Shown here one piece after another: positions 51,919-64,000 of a DNA stretch of 64,000 bases; position 1 is the first letter of the stretch; each line of letters starts with the position of its first letter. A program made the position numbers and the translations under genes. This DNA is from Bigelowiella natans CCMP2755 (taxonomy: Eukaryota; Protista; Cercozoa): positions 62,001 to 126,000 of the forward strand of contig ADNK01000501.1 in the NCBI GenBank assembly GCA_000320545.1, in the 5' to 3' direction. Under the pieces are notes generated by a model. That model was given only the letters and a program-made list of their open reading frames with translations, made no database searches and had not been told where the DNA came from.

Positions 51919-53755
51919 TCCCTCTACTCTGCCTGTCGTTTTCTCTCCGAGCAGAGTCATTGCAGATCTATACGATGAGCGTGAGCTGTACACACGACTC
52001 CCTGCTGATGAGCTGTATCGAAGTGCGCTCCGTCCTCTTTTCCTTCCCCAAAATGAAGCAGTGGGGAACAGCAACAGCAACTTCTTCGTGGGGGAGGCTA
52101 AACAACTAGCAAAGTCGTAGCAGTGCCGTAACGCTGTAGTGTTAGTAATAGTAGTAGTAGTAGCAGTAATGATAATGGCAGTGGTGGAGAAGGAGATTTG
52201 AAGTTTGTAGAATCATCTGTTGTAAGTCTTTACTTTCCTCCAGCTGCTTAACATCATCATCATCATCATCATCATCATCATTATCATCATCGTCATTTGC
52301 TACTGCTATCTTAGTATTGTTCTTCGAACACGAGCGACGGCTGTGCTTGGAACCATCAGTAAGAGGTATTTTCTCTCCTCCTCCTCCTCCTTCTCCGCCT
52401 CCTCCTCCTCCATCTCCTCCTCCTGCTTTTCACGTTTTCCGGTGTTATACTGTTCTTGACTGATTGTGTATTGAAGAGAAGATGATGATGATGCTCAGCC
52501 CTAAAGTGCGTTCTTTGTCATGCGTTGTTGTTGTTGTTATTGTTGCATATGTTGTTTGGAAAGATTGGGAGACGCCGCGTTTATAGAAGCCTACCATCTA
52601 TTGACCTCGCAGCTGGGGGGGGGAGGGGAAGGAGCTGCTAATGGTGGTGATGGTCCCGAGGACACAGTGCTTTCTCTCACCACTGGTATATCGAGAAGGC
52701 TTTTCTCTCTCTCCCTCCCTCTCCCTCTCTATACCTCTCTTAATTTTTTTTATCGTGTCGTCAATTTTTGTCAGTTGAGGGACTGATATCTATGGTCCGG
52801 CACATTCTCAACCTAAGACGGCGCATGAAGCACACCATCGAGGCTTGTAAGGATCGAATCGGAATGCAGCAGCAGCAACAGCAGCAAAATCAACAACAAC
52901 AAAGTGTCGTCAGTTCTGACCTCGACAATCCCTTCGGTATTGTAATAAAATTTAACATTGTATGCACACACACAGAGAGAGAGAGAGAGACAAACTCGCA
53001 AAGAGAGAGGGGGGAGAGGGGACGAAACGAGAGAATAAGAATTGATAATTGTAGAAGCATCACGTGTTCTGTATTATCGTCACTCCTATTGTCATCGGCA
53101 CTGTTATTATTTTCTCCATTTTAATTGTGAACATTTCCCTCCCTCCCCTCAATATGGCAGGGCTCACGGAAGAGGACCTGTAATCCTTATACAACATCTC
53201 AATTCGAACAACTACCACCACCTACCATCATCACGATTATCATAAACCTTATAAACATCATCATCATCATCATCATCATCAAAAACAACAACAACAACGC
53301 TCACATTTCCCTGCTACGATTAGAGTGGATTCCTCTATATTCACTACTACCATGTACATGCTCTTGCCTGTAATACGCAGCTTGCTGCAGCGAAGTTTGA
53401 ACGATCTGACACAGGCTGTAGCTCAATCAATCGACAAAGTAAGGAGAAAAGTATAACAGATTGGACATCAGCAAAACACACGCATTATATGCAGTGCCAA
53501 CAATGAGCAACACGAGCATTGTTTTCTTCTTATAATAGAAGCTCTTATTGAGGTATAAAGATGATGATGGTGATGACGATGATGGCAACAATAGTGATGG
53601 TTCTGAGAGAAGAAGGCGGATGCTGATATTAAAACAACAACAGACACTCGCTCGGTGCTTTCAGTCTCTTGAGAGCCTTCAGGTGAAGTTAATAATATTG
53701 CAGATTTCCTCTTTGAAAAACTGATCATTAATCCAGATGTGACACAAGAAACTCA

Positions 53756-53793
<38 letters not shown>

Positions 53794-53889
53794 CCCTTCG
53801 CGCTTAGGAGCCATACGGGATCGCTACCATTCTTGACTTTGTGTCACTCATCATTGACCTGCTGGAGGACAAAGTGGACAATCATATTG

Positions 53890-53928
<39 letters not shown>

Positions 53929-55742
53929 GAGCCTACATGCTGCCTCGATGTTCATATCATCGGGAATGGGGATATTGATGATTGTCTATCTGACCATGAG
54001 CACGTATGAAAACAAATTCTAAGTATATGATGATGACCATCGCAGATATTTGCCACCGCAGTCCCCAAAGCCTGGATGTCTGCAAGTACTACTTTCATCA
54101 TCATAATCATCATCGTAATCATCATCATCGTCGTCATCATCATCCTCCTCCTCCTCATCATCATCATCACTAGCTTACCATTTCCAGCTGCTTGACTCTT
54201 ATATCGTGTTCTTCTACCTAACAGGACAACGTGCTGAAAAGGCCACGCGTAATGCAATTGCTTTTACCTCCTCCTCCTCCTCCCCCTCCTTCTTCTCTTC
54301 CTCCTCCCCCTTCCATCTACATTTCTAAAGCTCCTTTATTTCTCTCTCTCTCTCTCTCTCTCTCCCCCCCCCCCCCCCCTTAAATTTACATACAAAATTT
54401 TTAGTATTTTAACCGGGTTTGTTACTATTATTATCATGATTATTATTCGCAGGTGATAATACAGGGTTGGCAGGAATTGGGCTGACACGGTAGTATTATT
54501 ATCATTATTATTATTATTAGTAGTAGTAGTAGTAGTAGTAGTCATACTGAGATCTATGTATCAACTTCATTAAGTAGCTGTCATATGATTTCGATATCAT
54601 CATCCCAATGAAGTGCTTTGTATGCGGTGGTTGTGGTGGTACGTGCCCCCACCCCTTTTCCCATAACGTTATATTCTCCTTCGTCAGGGTCTACGGAGCG
54701 CTGATTACCTTGCTCTCCCACCTCGTTGCTCGGATGGGGTGAGGAGCCCTCAATAAACTCACGCTCGCAAAAAAAAAACAACGAACAACCTAATGCAATT
54801 ACCTCGATGCATCTAATACTACCGTGATCATCTTTTCACCCATTTGTTGTCGAATGACAATGCTGTTCTCTATTAATATCTTCTTATGATTGAAAGGCCG
54901 GCAGCATTAGATAATGAGCAGGTAGCAAAATTGATAGCCGTGTTGTCGTTGTCGTTGTTATTCTGGTTGATGTTGGACATACGATTTTTTGGAAAATAAC
55001 TTACCCCAAAAACACCAGGCATCATGTTTCAATGGTTTTGTTGTAAGTTGTCGTCATGTTTCCTCCTTGAATTTTTGTGCATAGTTTTGTTATATAAATC
55101 TATGTAAATGTGTATGCGTGTGTGTTTGCCGCTGTGTGCATTCACATTTGCATGTATCAAAGTATCGTAAACACATGCATTTCATTTATCATGTTTTGTC
55201 CTTGTTGCAGCTACGTCCCGTCTTGCTGTCGTTACTCGGTAGTACAATTCAATGAGTGTTGGTTCTATCACGCCGCTGCTGCTGCTGATGATGATGATGA
55301 TGATAATGCTCATTTTCATGTCGCCAATTCACAATCCCCTGCCTCTTCAAGGCAACTTCGGTTAGCAAATAGTTTCTCTGCCGCAACAAGTAATTACACC
55401 AGTAGAATGATGTGATTTTGTGCTGTGGTCGTCGTCGTCATCCGTGAAACACGATGATCGATCATCAGGACATGTGCTCTCGGCGAAGCAGGAGGACGAC
55501 TCTGAGATGCAGTACATACTAGGTATACTACCAAGATGATGAGGGCGGGGAGGTGGGTGGGTGGAAGAAGGGTGTAGCAAGAACATTAGGACGATGATAG
55601 GTTTATGATTGTGGCTGCTGCTTCTCTCCCCCCCCCCTCCTCTACCTACCGCTGCAGATGATGCGTTTGCGCTCTTTGAGACGATGCAGCTGGCTATTGG
55701 TTAGTAGTAATAGTATTGGTAGTAGTTTTGGAAAGACACACG

Positions 55743-55795
<53 letters not shown>

Positions 55796-55912
55796 AGTTT
55801 TACGTTTCCACATTGGTATCGTTGGGAGTAGAGAAGATGATATAGCGACGTTACTTTATGCTGCTCATTATATACATACATATATATTCTAAGCTATTCA
55901 TCCATCAACCCT

Positions 55913-55943
<31 letters not shown>

Positions 55944-56963
55944 TTCAGGTGAGAGAGCCTCTGTTGAGCTGACTCCTCTCCTACAGCACGTGGTGTTGAG
56001 AATCAATCCAGAGAGGTACTACTAGCGGCGATCCTGTACGATATGTTCTTCATCTCTACAACTACAACAAAAGTGCCACTATCTGCAGCATTACCTTGCC
56101 CTACTGATTTGGCTATGATGATGCTCCTCAACCCTCTCCAAAGGGATGGGATAGCACCTTCCTAGTGTATACTACTATCTTGTTCCTTTTGTTCTCCTTG
56201 ACCCTTCTTCTTCTTCTTCTTCTTCTTCTTCTTCTTCTTCGACTATTCAGTCCAAGTGGGCTTGGGATAGTTGATGGCTATCTGGTGCACCGAAGGTGGG
56301 TTTTGTTCAGAGATGTGAGCTGCTGCAAAAAGCCAGTAGAAGTAGAGAAGTAGCAGAGGAATTGTAAGTGGAAGAGGAGGAAGAGAAGAAGAAGTCTACG
56401 AATATCTCTCTCCCCTCTGCTCTCTCTCTCCCTCTCTTTCTGTGCACAGCGACTTCATCACGAATCCCTTGTCGTTCTGATTTAAGCGTCGTTTTTAACA
56501 ACTTGGCTCAGGTACGACCTTATAGAAGGTTTCCTTCCGCAGATCATACCCATCCTAAGATACTCCACGTTTGAGCTCCGTGACCGCCTGGTAGAAGAGA
56601 AAGAAGAAAAAAGATGAGAGGAGGAGGAGGGAGAAAAGAGAAAAAGCTAATCAACACAATATGCAGTGTTTGTAGTCTTGAGAAAATACAACTTTCATTT
56701 GAGCTCTTCGATTTCATCACCGCAGCAAACACGCCTATTATAACGAAGAAGAAGCAATAAACAAATACACGCCGTAGGTCGCCCCTCCTCCACGCGCCTC
56801 TACCGAATCTAAAAAGGGTGATGGCACTCGGGGTAAAGGCAAGGATGATCCCGAGGCAATGGACAAAGAGGAAGAGAGACCTCCAAGGTGACGTCATAGT
56901 AGTGTAGTACACTGCGATGATGATGATGATGATGATGATGCTGTTTCTCCATTACTGCTACCT

Positions 56964-56996
<33 letters not shown>

Positions 56997-57656
56997 ACTA
57001 CTACCACCACCACTTCCACAACAAACATCGTTTATCAGATCATGATGATCATCATAACCACTACCATCCACCCAGCTACTACTACTACAAGTACAACTAC
57101 AACTAGCACATAATCCCCCCCTAAATAATCGGGTAGAGGCCTGTCGTCCATGAGCGTGAGGGAGATGGTGACTGTCTGTTCCGTCCTTGCGAATTTGATT
57201 CCTTTGCTGCCAGGTGCTAGTATTTCATAATAACATCAGCATGATCCTGATGATAGCGACATTCATTTTACCACATAGAAGAGGCTGTTTTGGTGCTTTT
57301 CTCTCCCTCCCGCACCCCCTTGACTCCTTTGTCTTTGGTAATTCTGAGTAGAGTCTGCCTGGGCGCCTTACGAGATAGAAGGTGTAACTTACTATGAAGT
57401 ATAGAGATCTATGGTGGGAGGAGGAAGAGGAAGTGGTAGAGGGGATTGAATTAATAATCGTATATTAGGCTGCTCTGCCAAGTGCAATGAGGGCGTGTCT
57501 TTTGTTATGTGCTGATTCTCTTCTTGTATTATTTCTATACGATTAGAACTTCTAAGAGCTATGGCCCAGCTGGCTTCTGCACTGTCAAACGTGCAGCACA
57601 GACTCGTAATTTTGAGTGCAGCAGTCATGATGAAGGAGCGTGTAGTTTATCATTGT

Positions 57657-57688
<32 letters not shown>

Positions 57689-57896
57689 CACAAAGCATAC
57701 AGCCACGTATGCGGGGACATGAATGCGCTGATGATACACAAGGATATTTAAATATATAATGTGCGTGTAACCAGGTCGCTCCTCTGCAAACGGCACTGCT
57801 CCTAGTTCTCTCTCGAGCCATCTATACTCGACCAAATCTCATCAACAAACTCAACCCTCGGCAGAAACCAAACCCCCAAACAGCAGAAGTAACGAC

Positions 57897-57931
<35 letters not shown>

Positions 57932-58614
57932 TGATGCTTTAATCCATGGTCTTAACGTCGTTGTCGGCGTCGTTAATCTGCTACTGCATCATCGTCGCAC
58001 CGTTTATTAGTTCCTTGCAGCAGGCAAACGTGTTTGTTCTTCATTATTCTTGTCGAAAACATTGTTGCGTTCTTGCCCCATCATCGTCATTACCATCATC
58101 ATCATCATCATCATCATTATCATCATCATCATCATCATCACCACCACCATTATTCGCTTTCACGCCTATGACTAAATCGATGCTGCTACTCTCACATCGT
58201 GCTCAGCTAATAGCAACCCTCTCCAACCTTGCTGCACGTGTCGGCTTCGATGAGCTCCTCGGGAACATCTTCTCCAATGCTTTCCGGAGAGCGGTAGGAG
58301 GAGTAGAAGTAGCAGTTGTAGAAGTAATAGCTGGCAAACTAGAGGTCTTACTAGAGGAGGGAAAGGACAACGAGAACCTCACGTTTGCAGTACAATTAAG
58401 CCCTCGTAGGAAGGCCTCAGGGGGAGGAAACGTGATTCATGAACATCATCTTCGGCCTGTGTTATCATTCAGGTGAACGGTGGAGGGGGGGGGCACCGTG
58501 GGTTAGATTCAGTCAAAACTAGTCGAGAAAAGCGCCACGTGGTATTCATGGCTATCGCATCTGCCGTTTGCAAAGGTGCGATAAGTAACAGTAGTTGTTG
58601 ATTATCATCATCAC

Positions 58615-58647
<33 letters not shown>

Positions 58648-59179
58648 ACGACAGTAGCATAGTGTTGTTGTTATTCTTTCTCTGTATGATGAGCGCTGTG
58701 AATAGGTGCGTGGAATCTTAAGGAAAGCAGATTCATAGAGCAACGTCAGGCTGTGAAAGCGCTTCTGAGCCTAGGAATACGGGTTGATGATGATGTTAAA
58801 CGATGATGCTCTCTGTTCCCCCCCCCTCTTCCTTGTGCATGATGTGCAATAGCATTGAATGGCTGTGCTCTTTTTAGGTCGTACATGAGGAATCGCAATT
58901 CCGTAAGGTACGGCGTCACATATCACACAACATCGTTCAAATTCAATTTACTCTCGTATTCTAGCACAGCTACGACGCTATCATTGTTGTTCGGAAATTC
59001 CAAAGTTGGCCCCACCCTCACCAACACCTTCTTCTGTGTACATCATCATGGTATTTGTAGGACCTGGACGCGCTGGCCGGGGTAGCAGGAGATGAACGTA
59101 AGATATATAATCCACCACGCCAGCAGCGCATCATTTGAATACTATCCCGGAACCACAAGGCGGTGGAACAGAATGAATT

Positions 59180-59215
<36 letters not shown>

Positions 59216-59892
59216 GTGGTAGTGAGAAGGAAGGAGGAGGAGGAGGAGGAGGAGGAGGAGGACAACAGCGATGCTGCTTTATCTGCTGCTGTTCTCAAAC
59301 TCCATGCTGCTTTTTCACATTATAACATCTAACACCCTCCTCCTCAGGCCCAGGCGACAGCAGCAGCAGTAGCGTAAACGGAGCAGTAGCGGTCACTTCT
59401 TCCTCCCCAGCCTCAACAGCTCTATCTTCTCCATCCACAGCAATGAGAGTGGTGGCCGGTGACACTCTGTATCGACAGCTAAAACGACATACACTGACGC
59501 TGATAATGACGACGACGACGACGACGACTGTACCAGGGACCTATGGAGGTGATGAGCTGGTGAATGGGGCTGCTGGGCCATTGCTGTCTCAATTAGCAAA
59601 ACATCTCCTCAGTAACTTAGGCTGGAGCGAAACCCAAGCCTGCGACATGCTGGGATGGTCGGGCACTCGAAGAGAGCAGCAACTCGCTCGTATCCTTCGA
59701 GGAGAGGACCTCTCCAAAAAAACAGCGTCGCCGCATACGACATCCTCCGCGTCGTTCTTTGGTATGGGCGACAGCGATGATGCGAGCGCTGTTGATGTAG
59801 GCGGCCACCCTGCAGCGCATCCCTTGTTCTCTATGCTTGGTGGTGGACTCACGCCAATGGTGTTTCGACCCTCTGGGGGATTCTTTCCCTAG
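44653..59892 (+). CDS. IPO11: Importin-beta family karyopherin (importin-11/Kap120-like) with a ~150-aa N-terminal bipartite leader; dozens of exons
   Basis: Phase-checked splicing (45071/45147, 45213/45388, 45442/45566) gives an IBN_N-type region LYLALLANIGGAGRLEAERMVTSWQARAAPGFVPSLVSIVTEPTADPQVRLMAAIVAKNAIG, then EKVRARQALLDLLFKEEHPALCMQVTLCIAYISHHDYPRLWP and later KYISLSGEELQDWKADPE. HEAT-like exons continue to the stop at 59892. Central and 3' exons are only partly resolved. Confidence 0.8.
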
Positions 59893-60899
59893 CATCGCAT
59901 ATCTAATTTTTTAAATGAATGCACGATCTATTTCCACCACTGGATGATTGTTGTTTCGTTTGCACATGCCCTAATGTACACACGCACACATACATGCACA
60001 CGTATGTAGCGGCGCCTGGCTGCAGCTAGATGACAGTAGCAAAATGACAAAACATTTGCCAAACATACTCTAGTTGTATCTAGATACCATAGTGTAGCAA
60101 ATAAACATGAACCTTGCTAGCGCACGAAGAGGAAGTGAAAAATGTGTAACAACATATATCATGTGTTGATCTGCAATGTGCGCAAAACGTCTGATGTCTA
60201 GATGTGGAGTTGATGTTCAGATGCCACAGATGCAACAATTAGGGCATCAGATGTTGCTATAAAGTTGCACTTGCGATAAGTGCAAGGAAAGTGCATTGAT
60301 CTTGAGATCTAGAGATGTACAACATTTATAGGGTAAGCAGAGAGCTGCCGTGCGTATGCTTAGGTGTAGATGGTCTGCCCAACAGCATAATCCGAACTAA
60401 GTAGTGCAACAAGCTCATGCGAAGCACAACCAGCCTACGTGCGTTCTATATAGGCATGCCATGTCTGCAAGAACACAATTAATATGGAGATATCTCTAGT
60501 TTGGATCGGTAGCAGAGAGTCTAATTATGAAAACGTACGCGTAAACGATGAAAGAGTGATGTCATTGCCGACGATGATAGCCCTTGGGTGTTGCACCTCT
60601 TCGATGATTTTGCGCAATCGTTCGAGACCAGCCATTGACGCATACTTTAAAGAAATTTTTTCTCCTTTTTTGGGCTGCAATACATAATTGTAAAGTCAAA
60701 TGGATACGTGTTACATTTTCCCTCTCAGCACCGCTAGACCGCTTGCTACCGAAAATTGAGTTACATTGGCAAAATACTGTGCCCTACCAGACGGCTCGCC
60801 ACAGACAGATGCCGAAATCTTCTCAGATATAATGGAATTTGAAGGGGAGGATCGATCGATTTTTAAACGTGCCTCTTCGCTACCCTCAAGAACCTACAT

Positions 60900-61382
60900 T
60901 TAGGCATCATACAACTTCTTGTTTGACGGCCATTTCGGGTAAAAATGGAGACATGTGGCATGAACAGGCAAGTGTTTAGATGTGTCGGCAGATGCTACCT
61001 TCTCGAGAGCGAAAGCAGCAGGTTTTTGCAGCACGGAGGGAAGATGGGATGTTTTCGAAACAGAGGGCAGAGAAGTTGATGATGGCGAAGGCTCTTTTCT
61101 CGGGCATGTATTCGGGTAATTGACCTTTGGATAATGACGCGCAGCAAAAACACACGTACAATTTGTTGTGTGCTCTTCTCTCTGTTAGGTAGGAATAGGG
61201 TGATCTATGTGTGGATGATGATGATGATAGGTGATGTGCGCATTAGTACCGAGTCAGACCACCAATCCCGACCCCATATAAGCATCCCTACAATACGATA
61301 AAGAGCAACGTTAATCATCATTGTCCATCGTCGTCACTATATCATCATTTCATACATATCAAATTTACACGAGAGAGAGGGA

Positions 61383-61419
<37 letters not shown>

Positions 61420-62339
61420 GAGGAAAGAAGGACACGAACGGTTGAGAAAGAAGCATGTGTATTTATTTATTCCTATATGATGATGCACATAAGTTCATGC
61501 ACGCGCGGAGCACCCATTGGTCTTCGTTTCCTGGTGAAATTGATTGTGCCCCTAGTTTGTAAAAGGAGATGGAAGGAAAGGAAGAGACGCGTAAACAACA
61601 AAAAATATATCCTCCGTATGAGTTTCTGTTGTTTGCTCATGATCGTCGTTATTGTCTTGTGTGAAAGTAGTAGATTGACCTGTGCACGGTCCTGTAGTCT
61701 GATAGCACCTGCAAAACCACATCACATTTAATACAATGCGAATATATTATGTCACCGAGCATCACTAGATATGGCAGGTAGTTTGAGAGATATCAACTAC
61801 TGACTCCAAAAAGGAGAGACGTAACTGTGCTCTGCTGCTGCTGCCATATCTGCTGCTGCTGCTGCTGCTGCTGTGTTATTGTTTCGGTTCATCATCATCG
61901 TCATCATCAGTCATGTAGTAAGTTCCGACTATGCTGCCTTCCTTGAGGTAGAATCGAGCGTCGGTCGTTCCGTCCTGCGTCATGTTGATATAAGAATGAA
62001 ATAATATATAGAAAGAGAGGAGTGCGAGGGGTGAGAGGAGGAGGGAGATGATAACTCTTTAGTTCTCTTCTTTCATTCTTTTGGTTTGCTAGGCTGGCCT
62101 CCATCATTGCACGCACGCTCAACCACCTCTTCGTCATCGACCCATTTCGTTCCCCATTGGTGAGACCTGGGAGAAGATGCATAGCCTTGTATCAAGGGGC
62201 AGAGAGAAGGAGAGGGAGGGGGAGAAAGAGAGGGAGAAAGAGGAAACAACTACCCCAATGAGAACTCAGTCGGACCATTGTCTTCAGTTGCATTTACCTG
62301 ATCATAATTAATGAAAATATATTTAACAACGACGACGAC

Positions 62340-62376
<37 letters not shown>

Positions 62377-64000
62377 TGCCTACTAAACAAGTTGATGACT
62401 GATCCACTTCGACTACCAGCATAACGAATTGGTTGATAGCGTATGGAGGCAGGTGCACGCCCTAATGATGTTAAAAGCAGTCATCATAAACGGTGAGAAG
62501 ATGGAAGTGGGAAGATTATACAATTCATGCATGTTTTTGGGAAAAGTACTTAGCCGAGGTGAAGAAGATGGTTACAAAACAAAGTTTGAGATCCCATGCG
62601 CATAAAATGTTGTTGGCCCTTATTCTTATTCTGTGCTACTACGAGTAATACTGCTGACACATGCATGCCCATAAAATCGCCAGCGGCGGACAAACAAATC
62701 TGCGACAGCAGCACCTTCGTCTTATTGTGCACATCTCGCATTTGGAAGAAATCATCATTGGGAAAAAGAAGGCCTTTGCGGGAGTAGTGAGAAGGGGGAA
62801 AAGGGGTCAATGTGAGGACCAACGACGTGTCCGGAGATGGAGGGGATAAGTAGACCGACGCCAACAATAACATTGTACCTGTGTCCCTGTGCCAATGTTG
62901 AGGCTCATTACTTGCTCCCTCGTGGAGAGGGAGGGCCTTATATATATATATATATATATATATTAAATATATTTATATAGGAGGAGGAGGAGGCGGAGGA
63001 GGACGAGAGAGACCAACAAGCAGCGAAGGTAAGTACAATATAAACGCATGTTGGAACTACTCAACACTCAACACTCAACAAGCGAGAGCTTGCTTTTATT
63101 ATTTTTTAATGGAGAAATTGCAATGGCTGCAAGGGCAATACGATGACAAAAAATCAGCAACCCTCCCTCCCTCCCTCTATTACTCTTTCATCTCAGTCTC
63201 CATCGAGATAATACCGAAGAGAATACCTGGATTGCATGGATCGATTTGAGTTCTAATCGTTCCCCCAATATCCTTGCGTCAGAACAATGATTACACAACA
63301 TCGATTCAATGATGATTAGAATGATGAACGGCATATGATGATAATATGGGGTGTGTGACAGTGGTAGTCGCATAACACGCGCAATATCGACACCTCCTTA
63401 CAATTTAATCTGCACGCCATGTGGTAAAGTAGTGCATGGTTATGACTCTGTCTGTCATGTCACATTTCATTTCTAAGTGGCACTTGCTGCTGCTACCGTG
63501 AGAGTATGGGAAATGCAAAAGCGTTGGCAAGAAACTCGGGGTCCCCAAACCCCCCGACAGGGTGTAGCTATGTATATGCAGGGGAGCAGTGAAGAGGAGT
63601 GAGTCTGAGTCTATTGGCTCAATTCTTGGTTTAAAAACGTACGTTTCATGCAATTGGCTCATCTGTGGAAATTTTCCGGGAAAGCATCATGATTGAATTA
63701 GTTACCCGCATGTCGATCCTACCATCGTTGCGCTCTCTAAACACATGTCCTTGTTATGCAAAATAGAAGGAAGGAACACACACAGAGAGGGGGGGAGATG
63801 ATTATTGGTGCGAGCAAGCCAAGGCAACATGCGTCGACGTTGCATATTGATAAGTGAGAGAACACACCTTGAGTGAAAAACAACTCCTCCTGAATACCGG
63901 AAACATTCTCTTCCCAGAGATTTATCGGAGATCCGTGCGATATCATTGAACGTTCTAAGATTCCCCGTACACGACTACGACTGTGATTGTGTGTAATAAG
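60900..64000 (-). CDS. Phytanoyl-CoA dioxygenase (PhyH)-family Fe(II)/2OG dioxygenase, 5'-truncated by the window edge
   Basis: Exons splice to EPQHWHRDT (HxD), LPPYAINQFVML, VNATEDNGPTEFSLGSHQW, GSIVLSDYRTVHRGTINFTRKRRPM (distal His and Arg) and WGRDWWSDSVNY. The 3' end is uncertain; further exons toward ~60520 are possible. Confidence 0.85.

Overview
Eukaryotic nuclear DNA: gene-dense, with many short GT-AG introns and a heavy microsatellite load, so most small ORFs in the track are artefacts. Several genes have bipartite signal-peptide plus transit-peptide leaders (one ending in LRGG), which suggests an alga with a complex plastid, probably a chlorarachniophyte such as Bigelowiella (inference). 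Splicing exons by hand gives nine genes with both ends in the window and two truncated ones. In order: a probable gene start at the left edge (-); a tandem retropepsin-type aspartyl protease with leader (-); a Cid1/TRF4-family terminal nucleotidyltransferase fused to KH domains (+); ADP-dependent glucokinase (-); mitoribosomal mL40 (+); a Tudor-fold protein with leader (-); a plant-Shaker-type CNBD/ankyrin K+ channel (-); a small SAP/LEM-like protein with leader (+); APC1 (-); an importin-11-like karyopherin with leader (+); a PhyH-family dioxygenase (-, 5' end outside the window). The strongest leads are: (1) an importin-beta family protein carrying a secretory/plastid-type leader, a candidate nucleomorph import receptor; (2) a K+ channel whose filter is genomically TTVGYRD rather than GYGD; (3) the nucleotidyltransferase-KH fusion, with Asp at the Cid1 His336 position; (4) CTAG/CATG/TGCA-rich tracts sitting downstream of gene 3' ends. 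No CRISPR array, rRNA, tRNA or recognisable transposon was seen. All exon boundaries are hand-predicted.
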